Shown here: positions 10,764-23,597 of the stretch, piece after piece
How positions within the stretch are numbered: the first letter of the stretch is position 1
Layout: the number at the start of each line of letters is the position of its first letter
Notes under the pieces: generated by a model
What the model was told of the DNA's origin: nothing
What the model saw: only the letters and a program-made list of their open reading frames with translations
The model's database searches: none
Made by a program: the position numbers and the translations under genes
NCBI GenBank assembly: GCA_963761645.1
Contig: CAVXIG010000070.1
Location: 81,663 to 145,662, forward strand
Reading direction: 5' to 3'
Source: an uncultured Acidobacteriota bacterium
GTDB lineage: Bacteria > Acidobacteriota > Thermoanaerobaculia > Multivoradales > UBA5704
Length of the DNA stretch: 64,000 nt

Positions 10764-13700
10764 CTACTTCTCTTCCTGGCGTTCCATCGGCTTCGCCCCC
10801 AGCCGCCAGACCCGCAGCAGCGCCGCCTCCTCGGGGGGCAGCGCGGCGAGGGCCGCCTCGGTCCAGGCGAAGAGGCGCTGGCGGGAGCCGGAGTCGTGGC
10901 GCAGGCAGGCCTCGGCCACCGAGCAGTAGCCGCAGCGGCCCGGCTCCTTGCGGCCGTCGAGCTCGACCAGGCGGGGGAAGAAGCTGCCCGCCTCCCAGGC
11001 GGCGAGCACCGCCTCGGAGGCCGCCGCGAACGCCTCGATGAAGTCCTGGTCGGCGGTGGTGACCGCGAGCTCGCGTTCGCCGTCGTCGATGCCGGGCCGC
11101 AGGAAGAGGTAGCGCCCCTTGGACTCGCCGTCCGAGCCGAGCAGGTAGGCCACCGCCTGCAGGTGCGTCCCCTTCCTCACCCGGTCGAGGAAGTGGCGGC
11201 GGCGCATCGTCCGCCTTGCGCGCCGTGGAGATCGGCCGGCCGGTCTTGTAGTCGGTCCAGATGACGAGGCCGCCGGCGGCCTTGTCGACGCGGTCCGCCT
11301 TGAAGAGGACGTGGCGCAGGGAGCCGGGGACCTCCCCGACGTCGAGCTCCCCCTCGAACTCCGTCGCCATCACCGGCACGGCCCCCTTGGACCAGTCCAT
11401 GTCGCGCGCGGTGTCGAGCAGCGGGCGGGCGCGGTCGGCCAGGGCGCGCGCGAGGCCGGGGAGGAAGATCCCCTCCTCCTCGAGCAGCCGCAGAGACTCC
11501 TTGTAGAGCATCTCCTCGACCTCGCGCCCCTCGGGCCAGACGGCGGCGACCGGATCGAGATCCCTGACGTTGCCGCGAACGTTCTCACGGCCGGGCGGAC
11601 GGGCGATCTTGTCCAGCACGCCGTGGACGACGTTGCCGAGGAGCACCGGATCGATGCCAGGGAGCGCGGCGAGCGGATCGGGCGTCGGCTCGATCCGCAG
11701 CAGGCGGACGAGGAAGAGCTGCCAGGGGCAGGCGGCCAGGTTCTCGAGCTGGGTGACGTAGAGGTCGCGCAGGCGGGGCTCCCCCTCGCCGCCGCCCGGG
11801 ATCTTGCCGATGAAGCCGAAATAGGGCCCCAGCCGGAAGCGCGCCGCCCGCCCCTCGTCGGTGCGGAGGTCCGGGTCCATCTCCTCCAGCACGGCGAGGC
11901 GGGCGGTGGCCAGCCGTTCCGGCGAGAGATCGAAGGCGGATTCCGCCGGCCAGCTCGGCGCGCGACTCCTTGATCGCCATCTTCAGCACCCGCCCCCACC
12001 AGCGCCGGGGGGCGTAGAGGCCGGCCATGACGGCGTGCTCGGCGGCGGTGCGGGGTCCCGGCAGCGGCCCGGCCTTGGGCAGGCTCCAGAGCGGCGGAGC
12101 CTTGGCGATCTCCAGCCGCTCGCGCAGGCGCTCGACCAGGGGGGAGGCGGGCAGCGGCTTGCCGTCGTCGTCCGTCGTCTGCCAGGAGAGGGTGACGGCC
12201 GGGGCCGCCGAGAGGAGCTGGGCGAAGAGGTAGCGCTCCTCGTCGAAGCCCGAGCGCTTGATCGGCACGTCGGGGAGCACCCGCTGGAGAATGCGGCGCA
12301 GGTCGTCCGGCAGCAGCGGGTCCTCGCGGATGCCGCGCGGGAAGACGTCGCGGTTCAGGCCGATCAGGAAGAGGTGATCGAAGGTGCGCGCGCGGGCCTC
12401 GGTGACCGAGAGCACCTGGACGCCGCCCCCCTGGCCGCCGATCGCCGGAGGCGCCGGCCGCCGCCAGGAGGTTCTCGATCAGCAGCCGCATCTCGTCGCG
12501 CTCCAGCCGGAAGCGCGCCGGCACCTCCCGCTCCAGCTCCTCCAGGGCGGCGCGCACCGGGGCGGCCTCCTCGCCGGCGAGATCCCAGCCGAGGTCGGCG
12601 GTGAGCAGCGACCGCAGGCGGGCGAGATGCTCGGCGGCGGGCGCCTCGTCGGGCCAGGCGGCGAGCCGCTCGCGGGTGCGCTTGGCGGCGCGCACGGCGG
12701 CGCGGATCAGCGAGCCCGGAATCCGGCGCCGCCGGGCGTGCGCCTCGTTGCTCCGCACCCCCTCCTCGCCGTCCTCCGGGGCGTCGTCCTCCTGGCCGAC
12801 GGTCTGCAAACCCTGGCGGATCGGCAGGGCGTAGGAGCCCTTGCGCAGCACCTCCTCGAGGCGCAGCTCGGTGGCGTCGCGCAGCCGCCCGGCGCCGAGC
12901 GCGGCGAAGGCGAGGCGGAGATCGACCCAGCCGCCTCCCCGCGCCTGCGGGGCAGGGCCGGCGTGTGGGCCGCCTCGGGCAGGGTCGACCACCGCGTCGA
13001 GCCAGCGGTCGGACGGCACCGCCTCCCCCTCGCGCAGCAGCTCGAGCAGGGCGCGGGCGCGGCGGCCGGCCGGCGTGAGGCCGCCGCGCTCCCCCACTCC
13101 CGAGAAGGGGATGCCCAGGCGGTCGAAGTGGCGGCGCAGGGCGAAGCGGTAGGGGTCGAGATCGCGCGCCACCACGCCGATCCCCTCCGGCCGCGCGCCG
13201 CCGTCGAGCAGCGCGCGGATCTGGGCGGCGACCTCCCGCGACTCGGCCTCGGCCCCCACGGCCTCGCGGGCCGTCGAGGCGCGGGGCGGCTCCCGCCGCG
13301 GCGGCGGCGCCGTCTCGACTCCGGAGGAATGCCCGAGGCGCTCGGCGAAGCGGGCGGTGAACTCCGTTTCGGCGCCCTCTCCCTCGGGCTTGGGCGGATG
13401 GTCCAGGATCATCCAGGCGCCGCGGCGGCGCAGGAGGGCCTCGATCAGGTCGGTGGCGACCCCGGTGGCGTCGGCGAAGCCATGGACGAGGATCGGCCCG
13501 CGCCGGCAGGGCCTCGTCGTCGCGCGGTCTCCACCAGCTCGGCGGCGCGCCGGAGGAGGGTGGAGGCGCGGCCCAGGCCCAGGGTCCGCATCGCCGCCTC
13601 GGCGCGGGCGGCGGAGCGCACCAGGGCGCGGGCGCGCTCCACCTCGGCCCTGCTGGCCAGCGAGCGGGCCGTCGCTCGCCAGGGCCTCCTCGACGGCCTC

Positions 13701-14171
13701 GGCGTGGACCGGCTCGAATCCGGCGTCGAGCAGGTCGCGCACGGTGCCGGTGACCGCCGCGAAGCCGTCGGCCAGATCCTCCAGCCCCCGCCGGAGCGAC
13801 GGCTCGGCGCGGGCGGCCCGCTGGGCGAAGACGTCGAGCAGGCTGCCGCCGCGGGGCGCGGCCTCCCCCGAGCGCTCCAGGATCTCCGAGGCCAGGCCGA
13901 ACAGGGTCTGCACCGAGACGCCGGCCACCGACCGCCCCCGCCGCCGCACGATCGCCGCCGCCACGTGGAGGCGCAGGCTGCGCGAGGGGACGACGATCCG
14001 CACCGGCACCTTGAGCAGCGCGGGGTCCCGCCGCACCTCGGCGAGAAGCGCGTCGAGGCGCTCCATCAGCGCCGCCTCGGCGGCGCGGGCGCCGGCCGCG
14101 ATCAGGATGCGGCCGGAGGGGCGGAGGGGGGCCTGGAGGACGTCGAAGAGGCTGAGCTGCTGCGGTGACAC
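10764..14171 (-). CDS. addB: AddB-like subunit with PD-(D/E)XK nuclease and 4-Cys iron-staple motif (several frame breaks)
   Basis: IGVVARDL.PY, VLSVTEARARTFDHLFLIGLN, EERYLF, LAACPWQLFL...GNVVH..L, KADRVD..TDYKTG, LQAVAY, CGYCSVAEAC; directly upstream of addA. Confidence 0.75.
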
Positions 14172-14188
14172 GGAGAAAGGATACCTCC

Positions 14189-15548
14189 TTACCCCGCCTC
14201 CTCGATCCGCGAAGGGATCCGCGCCCGCCGCAGAAGGTCCCCGAAATGGCTGGTCACCCCCACCGGCCCCTTCAGCACGATCCCTTCCCCGGTCCCCTCG
14301 ACCTTGCCGATCAGCTCGCGGAGGGCGTCGATCCCCTGGCCGGTCTCCAGGGTGTGGAAGCGCTCGGCGTCCCCCGGGAAGACGATCCTGTCCGGTGGCG
14401 GGGCTGGATCCCCGGTGGAGCTGGACGATCCAGGGGCGGGCGCCGTCGTGGGCCCATTCGAAGCGGACGGCGCCCAGCCGGCCGGTGGCGCGGCGGTAGA
14501 GGTCGCGCAGCGAGCTCGCGATCTCCGGCGGCAGCTCCTCGGGCGCCCGGCGGCCGAGCATGAACTGGTCGCCGAAGCCGGCCACCCCCTCGATCAGCGG
14601 CTCGCCGTCCGCGCCGGTGACCAGGGCGCCGGAGAAGCGGGCGTCCACCCCCTCCTGGGCGAGGACGGAGGCGATCAGGTCCCCGCCGGGGTCCTCGTCC
14701 TGGAGCAGGCGGAAGGGGTCGGTCCAGCCGTGGCGGGTGGTGAAGCGGCCCGGGACCTGCTCGCGGGGGCAGGTGCGCAGCCAGGTCTCGGCGCTGCCGG
14801 TGGGGGTGCCGAAGGAGAACGCGGCGAGGCCGCGCGGGATCACCCGGGTGTGGGGGACCGGCAGGCCGAGGGCGTCCGCCATCAGCAGGCCGAAGGTCTT
14901 GTCCCCCAGGTGGCGGCTGAAGCGGTTGGGCCAGGAGATCCGCGGCGTGCCCGGCGGCGGCCCCGGCTCCTCGATCTCCCAGAGGATGGTGTGCTCCCGC
15001 CGGTACCCCCGCCGCACCGGATGGAGGCTGAACTCGACCCGCGTCTCCGTCTTGGCGGGCAGGGCGGGGCGGAACCCGTAGACCGTCTCCAGCACGCGCA
15101 GCCCGAGATCCCGGGGGAGGCCGGCCGCGTCCGGCTTCTCGACGCAGCGGGGGGTGTCCCCCGGGGCGAACTCCAGGGCGTCGCCGAAGGCCACGCCGGA
15201 GACGCCGCCGTCCTGGACGTCCACGGTCTCGTTGAGGATGGTGTAGAGCCCCTCGGAGGCGAGCCGGAACAGGCTGCCCAGGATCTCCGCGGGGTTGGTG
15301 CCGCCGTAGAGAAAGGAACGGCTCTTCGGGTTCTCCGGCTCCCAACTGCGGATGTTGACCGAGCCCTCCGGCGAGGCGGCGAGGAGCGCCTCGACCGCCT
15401 CTCCCGGGGTCTCGAAGCGATGCCCGGGCGGCAGCCCGCGGATCCAGGCGTGGCGCTGGACGAAGTCCGGCCCGAAGCTGACGAACTGGGCGACGTTCGC
15501 GCGGCGGGCGAGATGGTCGAGGACGTCGTCTTTGAAGTGGCCGGGCAG
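14189..15548 (-). CDS. Divergent PPDK/PEP-synthase-type ATP-grasp protein with C-terminal phospho-His swivel-like domain (frame break near 14390; start uncertain)
   Basis: GDKTFGL...LGLPVP, VLAQEGVDARFSG, IEGVAGFGDQFMLG, FEWAHDG..WIVQ, then VGVTSHFGDLLRRARIP in the next frame. Confidence 0.6.
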
Positions 15549-15583
15549 CGGCGGAAGGATATCGCGGGAGGGGAGCGAAGCTC

Positions 15584-17491
15584 CTACGCCCCGGCCGCCA
15601 GCGTCCGCTCGACGCCGCCGCCGAGCTCCTGATCCTTGTACTGGAGCAGGTAGAGGCGGTAGTAGATGCCGCGCATGGCGAGCAGCTCCTGGTGGGTGCC
15701 GTACTCGCGGACCTCCCCCTTGTGCAGGACCAGGATGTGGCTCGCCTTCTGGATCGTCGACAGCCGGTGGGCGATGACGATGCTGGTGCGGCCGACCAGC
15801 AGGCGGTCGAGGGCCTTCTGGATGAGCTGCTCGGTCTCGGTGTCGATCGACGAGGTGGCCTCGTCGAGGATCAGGATGCTGGGATCGAAGGCGAGGGCGC
15901 GGGCGAAGGCGATGAGCTGCTTCTGCCCCACCGAGAGGCCGGCGCCGCGCTCCTTGACCACCGCGTCGAAGCCGCCGGGCAGGCGCTCGATGAACTGCAG
16001 GGCGTGGACCTCGCCGGCCGCCCAGCGGATCCGCTCGTCGTCGATCGCCTCGTTGCCCAGCCGGATGTTGGCGCCGACCGAGCCGGAGAAGAGGAAGACG
16101 TCCTGGAGCACCATGGCGACGCTGCGCCGCAGGCGGGCGAGGTCCCACTCGCGGACGTCGACGCCGTCGACCCGCACCACGCCGGAGTCGATGTCGTAGA
16201 AGCGCAGCAGGAGGTTGGCGAGCGTGCTCTTGCCGGCGCCGGTGTGGCCGACCACGGCGAGCGTCTCGCCCGGCCGCACCCGGAAGGAGATCCCCTTGAG
16301 CACCGGCTCCCCTTCCTTATAGGAGAACCGGACGTCCTCGAACTCGAGGTCCCCCTGCACCACCTCGGGGGAGTAGGCCTGCTCGGGCGAGGCGATGGTG
16401 ACCGGCGTGTCGATCAGCTTGAACACCCGCTCGGAGCTCGCCATCGCCGACTGCAGGATGTTGTACTTCTCCGACAGGTCCGAGAGCGGCTGGTAGAACC
16501 GCTGGGCGTACTGGAGGAAGGCGATCAGGGCGCCGACCGAGATGGCGCCGGAGATCGTCCGGCCGCCGCCGACCCAGATCAGCAGGCCGACGCCGATCGC
16601 CGAGACCAGCTCGACGCCGGGGAAGAAGACGGCGTAGTAGAAGATCGACCGCACGTTGACGTCGCGGTGGTCGGCGTTGATCCGGTCGAACTCCTGGAAG
16701 GCCCGCTCCTCGCCGTTGAACAGTTGCACCACCGGCATGCCGGTGACGTGCTCCTGGAGGAAGGAGTTGATGCGGGCGATCTTGACCCGCACCTCGCGGA
16801 AGCTCTGCCGCACCCGGATGCGGAACCAGGAGGTCAGCGTGAAGAGCAGCGGGATGATCGAGAAGGCGACCAGCGCCAGCCGCCAGTCGAGCCAGAAGAG
16901 CACCACCACGATGCCCGCCAGGAGCACCAGGTCGCCGAAGATCGAGACCAGGCCGGCGGTGAACATCTCGTTGAGAGAGTCGACGTCGGTGGTCACCCGG
17001 GTGACCAGGCGGCCGATCGGATTCTTGTCGTAGAAGTTCAGCGGCAGCCGCTGCAGGTGGCCGAAGATCTGCCCGCGCAGATCCTTCATGATGTACTGCC
17101 CCATCAGTTGCAGCACATACCCCTGGGCGTAGAGCGCCAGGAAGGTGAGGATCAGCACCGCGAGGTAGAGGACCGACACCGCGGTCAGGCCGGCCACGGC
17201 GATGTCGGCCGGGAAGATCCCCCGCGCCAGCAGGAAGTTGCGCACCACGGCGCCCGGCGCCGAGACCTGGCTCGGAGCCGTCCCCGGCGAGCGGATGAAG
17301 AGGTCGAGGGCCACCGCCGTCGCCAGCGGGCCGATGAGCTGCAGCAGGGAGGAGAGGATGATCAGCCCGAGCGATCCCAGCGCCATGTCGCCGTACGGGC
17401 GCACGTAGCTCACCAGCCGGCGCATGAGGCGGGAGTCGTAGACCTTCCCCAGGACCTCCTCTTCGTGATGACCGCCGACCGGCTCGCTCAT
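15584..17491 (-). CDS. ABC exporter, fused TMD + NBD (MsbA/TM288-like)
   Basis: Six-TM domain; VGHTGAGKS, LSVGQKQ, ILDEATSSID, IAHRLST. Confidence 0.93.
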   Translation of the reverse strand: MSEPVGGHHEEEVLGKVYDSRLMRRLVSYVRPYGDMALGSLGLIILSSLLQLIGPLATAVALDLFIRSPGTAPSQVSAPGAVVRNFLLARGIFPADIAVAGLTAVSVLYLAVLILTFLALYAQGYVLQLMGQYIMKDLRGQIFGHLQRLPLNFYDKNPIGRLVTRVTTDVDSLNEMFTAGLVSIFGDLVLLAGIVVVLFWLDWRLALVAFSIIPLLFTLTSWFRIRVRQSFREVRVKIARINSFLQEHVTGMPVVQLFNGEERAFQEFDRINADHRDVNVRSIFYYAVFFPGVELVSAIGVGLLIWVGGGRTISGAISVGALIAFLQYAQRFYQPLSDLSEKYNILQSAMASSERVFKLIDTPVTIASPEQAYSPEVVQGDLEFEDVRFSYKEGEPVLKGISFRVRPGETLAVVGHTGAGKSTLANLLLRFYDIDSGVVRVDGVDVREWDLARLRRSVAMVLQDVFLFSGSVGANIRLGNEAIDDERIRWAAGEVHALQFIERLPGGFDAVVKERGAGLSVGQKQLIAFARALAFDPSILILDEATSSIDTETEQLIQKALDRLLVGRTSIVIAHRLSTIQKASHILVLHKGEVREYGTHQELLAMRGIYYRLYLLQYKDQELGGGVERTLAAGA

Positions 17492-17671
17492 GATCCCTCG
17501 CTCATGACCCTAAGATACCCCAACTCCGCGCCAACTCGTACCCACGCCGGACTTGCTTATGCCCTTTCATCTATTCCCTCAATGGTGTAGACTGCTGCCA
17601 GTTTTTGTCTGTCAATTCGTTCGCGTACAAACTCGTTTGCCGGTCCGAAGCGATCGCTGGAGTCTGCCGTC

Positions 17672-18769
17672 ATGCCGCCGACGTTGAACCAGTTGTTGAA
17701 GTCGATGGTGGAACAGGGGGGTTCCGACCTCCACATCACCACCAACTCACCTCCTCAGGTGCGCGTCGACGGCCATTTGCGGCCGCTGAACCTGCCGCCG
17801 ATGACGCCGTCGGAGACCAAGCAGCTCGCCTACTCGATCCTGACCGACAACCAGAAGCACCGGTTGGAGGAGAATCTGGAGATCGACCTCTCCTTCGGGA
17901 TCAAGGGGCTGGCCCGTTTCCGCGCCAACATCTTCCACCAGCGGGGCGCGATCGCCGCCGTCCTGCGGCAGATCCCCTACGAGATCAAGGGCTTCCGCGA
18001 GCTCGGGCTGCCGACCATCATCGAGCGGCTGTGCGAGAAGCCGCGCGGCCTGATCCTGGTGACCGGACCGACCGGCTCCGGCAAGTCGACGACGCTGGCC
18101 GCGATGATCGACAAGATCAACCGCGAGCGCGCCGAGCACATCGTCACCATCGAGGACCCGGTCGAGTACCTGCACAGCCACAAGAAGTGCATCGTCAACC
18201 AGCGCGAGATCAACGCCGACACCCACAGCTTCACCGCCTCCCTGCGCTCGGCGCTGCGGCAGGACCCCGACGTGGTGCTGATCGGCGAGATGCGCGACCT
18301 GGAGACGGTGGAGTCGGCGCTGCGCATCGCGGAGACCGGCCACTTGACCTTCGCCACCCTGCACACCAACTCGGCGGCGCAGACGATCAACCGCATCATC
18401 GACGTCTTCCCGGCCCACCAGCAGGCGCAGATCCGCGCCCAGCTCTCGCTGGTCCTGGAGGGGATCGTCTGCCAGACGCTGCTCCCCAAGACCGGCGGCA
18501 AGGGGCGCGCGATGGCGATGGAGATCCTGATCCCGAGCCCCGCGATCCGCAACCTGATCCGCGAGGACAAGGTGCACCAGATCTACGGCATGATGCAGGC
18601 CGGCCAGGCCAAGCACGGAATGCAGACGTTCAACCAGTCGCTGGCGGCCCTGTTCTTCAAGCGCCTGATCACGCTGGAGGTGGCGCTCGCCCGCTCGTCC
18701 TATCCGGACGAGCTGCAGGAGATCATCAACCGCGGTCCCGCCAGCCTGAACCCCGCGCTGACCGCGTAG
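17672..18769 (+). CDS. pilT: Type IV pilus retraction ATPase PilT
   Basis: GSDLH, GPTGSGKSTT, TIEDPVE, ALRQDPDVVLIGEMRD, GHL.FATLHT, AIRNLIRE. Confidence 0.96.
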   Translation: MPPTLNQLLKSMVEQGGSDLHITTNSPPQVRVDGHLRPLNLPPMTPSETKQLAYSILTDNQKHRLEENLEIDLSFGIKGLARFRANIFHQRGAIAAVLRQIPYEIKGFRELGLPTIIERLCEKPRGLILVTGPTGSGKSTTLAAMIDKINRERAEHIVTIEDPVEYLHSHKKCIVNQREINADTHSFTASLRSALRQDPDVVLIGEMRDLETVESALRIAETGHLTFATLHTNSAAQTINRIIDVFPAHQQAQIRAQLSLVLEGIVCQTLLPKTGGKGRAMAMEILIPSPAIRNLIREDKVHQIYGMMQAGQAKHGMQTFNQSLAALFFKRLITLEVALARSSYPDELQEIINRGPASLNPALTA

Positions 18770-18785
18770 GCGGAGGAGTAGGAAG

Positions 18786-19991
18786 ATGCCCAGCTTCGTG
18801 TGGAAAGGTAAGACCCGCGCCGGCCAGGTCCAGGAAGGGCAGCTCCTGGCCGACTCGCGCGACGCCGCGGCGGCGGTGCTGCGGCGCCAGCAGATCCAGA
18901 TCACCAGCATCCGCGAGAAGGGGCGGGAGGTCAAGCTGATCCCCCGCATCCCGCGCGGCGTCGGCGCCAAGCGCATCGCCATCTTCACCCGGCAGTTCTC
19001 GGTGATGCTCGACGCCGGCCTGCCGCTCGTCCAGTGCCTGGAGATCCTCGGCAGCCAGGAGGAGAACCGCACCTTCCAGGCGATCATCAACACGGTGAGG
19101 ACCGACGTCGAGTCCGGCTCCTCGCTCGCCGACGCCATGCGCAAGCACCCCAAGGCGTTCGACAACCTGTTCACCAACATGGTGGCGGCCGGCGAGTCGG
19201 GCGGTATCCTCGACATCATCCTGCAGCGCCTCTCGGTCTACATCGAGAAGGCCGTCAAGCTGAACAGCCAGGTCAAGGCGGCGCTGATCTACCCGGTGTC
19301 GATCATCGTCATCGCCGCCCTGGTGGTGTTCATCATCCTCTGGAAGGTGATCCCGGTGTTCGCCCAGCTCTTCGCCGGCCTGGGCAGCGAGATGCCGTTC
19401 CTGACCCGCATGGTGATCGGCGCCAGCAACTTCGTGGCCGACTACATCTTCTTCATGGTCCTGGTGGGGATCTTCGCCGGCGTCGCGATCAGCCGCTGGT
19501 ACAAGACGCCGCACGGCCGGCGGTTCATCGACACCGCGATGCTCAAGATCCCGGTCGTCGGCATGCTGCTGCGCAAGATCGCCGTCGCCCGCTTCTGCCG
19601 CACGCTCGGCACCCTGACCGCCTCGGGCGTGCCGATCCTCGACGGCCTCGAGATCACCGCCAAGACCGCCGGCAACGCCGTCATCGAGGACGCCGTGATG
19701 TCGGTGCGCAAGAGCGTCGAGGAAGGCAAGACGATCAGCGAGCCGCTCGCCCAGACCAAGGTGTTCCCCAGCATGGTCGTGCAGATGATCAACGTCGGCG
19801 AGCAGACCGGCGCCCTCGATCAGATGCTGTCGAAGATCGCCGACTTCTACGAGGACGAGGTCGACACCGCGGTCGCCGGCCTGATGAAGCTGATCGAGCC
19901 GGTGATGATCACCGTGCTCGGCGCGGTCATCGGCACGATCGTGGCGGCGATGTACCTGCCGCTCTACTCGATCCTGAGCAAGATCGGTTAG
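18786..19991 (+). CDS. pilC: Type IV pilus platform protein PilC (GspF family)
   Basis: FTRQFSVML.AGLPL, AGESGG.LD, ALIYP, VGEQTGALD.ML.KIADFY, IEP, AMYLP. Confidence 0.95.
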   Translation: MPSFVWKGKTRAGQVQEGQLLADSRDAAAAVLRRQQIQITSIREKGREVKLIPRIPRGVGAKRIAIFTRQFSVMLDAGLPLVQCLEILGSQEENRTFQAIINTVRTDVESGSSLADAMRKHPKAFDNLFTNMVAAGESGGILDIILQRLSVYIEKAVKLNSQVKAALIYPVSIIVIAALVVFIILWKVIPVFAQLFAGLGSEMPFLTRMVIGASNFVADYIFFMVLVGIFAGVAISRWYKTPHGRRFIDTAMLKIPVVGMLLRKIAVARFCRTLGTLTASGVPILDGLEITAKTAGNAVIEDAVMSVRKSVEEGKTISEPLAQTKVFPSMVVQMINVGEQTGALDQMLSKIADFYEDEVDTAVAGLMKLIEPVMITVLGAVIGTIVAAMYLPLYSILSKIG

Positions 19992-20060
19992 AAAGACCCC
20001 GAGGCGGCGGCTCCGCGCCGCCGCCTCGATCACCTGCCTTATACCCGCTTCAATCAGCCG

Positions 20061-21814
20061 ATGACTCCGCTGGCCCGTCAGCTCCGCTGGTACACCGCCA
20101 TCCGCGTGGTGGCGATCGTCAGCGTGCTGCTGCCGTTCAGCCTGTTCCAGCTCTGGATGCTGCCGCAGCCGGCCGAGCCGGGCCTCGCCGGGCCGCCGGC
20201 ACCGGGCGCTCCGCCCCCCAGGGTGGTGGCGGAGCCGGCGCCCGAGCTGCTGCCGCTCCGGGTGGTCTGGCTGCTCGGCGGCGCCACCTTCGGCGCCACC
20301 CTCCTCTACATCGCCCTGATGCGGCTGCTGCGGCGCCGCACCACCGCCCAGGCCTACATCCAGTTCTTCGGCGACCTGATCCTGATCACCTGCCTGGTCT
20401 ACTTCCTGGGCGGCGCCACCAGTCCGTTCTCGCTGCTCTACCTGATCGTCATCGCCGTCGCCTCGACGATGCTGCGCCGCCGCGCCGGCGTCATCGTGGC
20501 GAGCGTCGCCTTCCTGCTCTACGGCGGCATGATCGTCGCCCTCTTCTTCCATGCCATCCCGCCGGCGAGCGCGGGCCAGGAGGCGATCTCGGGGTGGCGG
20601 CTGGGCTACAACCTCGCCGTCCACGGCTTCGGCTTCTACGTGGTGGCGCTGCTCACCTACTACCTGGCGCACAACGTCACCCGCGCCGAGCGGGCGCTGG
20701 AGGAGAAGAGCGAGCACCTCGCCGACCTCCAGGTGGTGCACCGCGACGTCATCCAGTCGATCACCAGCGGCCTGCTGACCACCGATCTCGAGGGCACCGT
20801 CACCAGCGCCAACCTCGCCGGGCTGGAGATCCTCGGCCGCGCGGAGGCCGAGCTCGTGGGGCTGCCGATCCACCAGTCGGGCCTGTTCACCGCCCAGCAC
20901 TGGCGCGAGGCGACCGCCGCCAGCGAGCAGACCGGGCGCATGCGCTCCGAGGTCGAGACCACCCGCGGCGACGGCGCCACCCGCTACGTCGGCTTCACCA
21001 TCTCGCGCCTCACCGACGCCTTCGGCGGCAAGCACCGGGGGTACATCGTCATCTTCCAGGACCTCACCCACTGGCGGCGCATCCAGGAAGAGCTGCGGAT
21101 GAAGGACCGCATGGTCGCCGTCGGCGAGCTGGCGGCCGGGCTGGCCCACGAGATCGGCAATCCGCTGGCGGCGATCTCCGGCTCCGTCCAGATGCTCGCC
21201 GGCCGCGTCGACGGCGACCCCGCGCAGCGCAAGCTGATCGAGATCCTGCTCAAGGAGAGCCACCGGCTCGACCGCACGATCAAGGGGTTCCTGCGCTTCG
21301 CCCGCCCCCGCGAGCGGTCGAGCGTCTCCTTCGACATCGCGCGGCTGCTCACCGAGAACTTCGAGCTGCTCCGCAACAGCGAGGAGGTCTCCGAGCGCCA
21401 CGTCCTGCGCCTGGAGCTCAATCCCTCGTCGGCCCGCCTGTTCGCCGACCCCGACCAGGTGAGCCAGATCTTCTGGAACCTGGCGCGCAACTCCCTGCGG
21501 GCGATGCCGGACGGCGGCTCCCTGCGCGTGGTCGGCCAGTTTTCCGGGGGTCAAGCTGCGGGCGAGTGGTACCGCCTGCAGGTGATCGACACCGGCCGCG
21601 GCATGACCGAGGAGCAGCGCACCAACCTGTTCCATCCGTTCCAGTCCTTCTTCGACGGCGGCACCGGCATCGGCATGGCGATCGTCTACCGGATCGTCCA
21701 GGATCACGGCGGACGCCTGCGCGTCGACAGCCGCCCGGGCGCCGGCACCACCATCACCGTCGAGCTGCCGACCGTCGCCGCCAGCGTCACCCTGGTCTCC
21801 GCGGAGGCAACCGC

Positions 21815-21818
<4 letters not shown>
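20061..21818 (+). CDS. pilS: Sensor histidine kinase PilS
   Basis: Multi-TM N-terminus with GG..SPF, PAS domain, AGLAHEIGNPL, GTGIGM; lies between pilC and pilR. Confidence 0.85.
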
Positions 21819-23203
<1,385 letters not shown>

Positions 23204-23207
23204 GGCC

Positions 23208-23591
23208 CTACCCCATCTTCCGCAGGATCTCCTCCGGGCTCGCGAACACCTCCTCGGTTGCGAGGGCCCGGAGCGCCTCAGGGTTCGTGTAGCCCCAGGT
23301 CACCGCCCCGAACGCGATCCCTTCCGCGCGGGCGGCCTCGAGCAGCCCGCCAATCCACGCCCAGAACGGGAGCACGGACATCGAAGCGCCCTTCTTCATC
23401 GCGAGATATCCCAGTCCCCAGGCCCCGCCGCCCGCCCCGAGCGCGGCGAACGTGGGGAAGAACAGCATCCAGGGAGCAAGGAAGCGGAGCCGCTGAACGC
23501 AGAACAGCACCACGCCGCCGATCACGCCCGCGACCGCGACGACGCCGAGAATCACCGTCAGCGCACCCGCGAGAACGAAGAGCGGCAACAT
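23208..23591 (-). pseudogene. Chimeric ORF: small membrane protein N-part joined to a HAD-phosphatase C-terminal fragment
   Basis: Hydrophobic N-terminal 85 aa, then EAARAEGIAFGAVTWGYTNPEAL...VFASPEEI, typical of Gph-like HAD C-termini but without the catalytic motifs. Confidence 0.5.
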
Positions 23592-23597
23592 GTCGGA

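Noticed and set aside
11370-16148. 1592-aa ORF joining the ATP-grasp protein to AddB
   Set aside because: Indel artefact; the corrected frame has a TAA at 14189-14191 followed by a separate start
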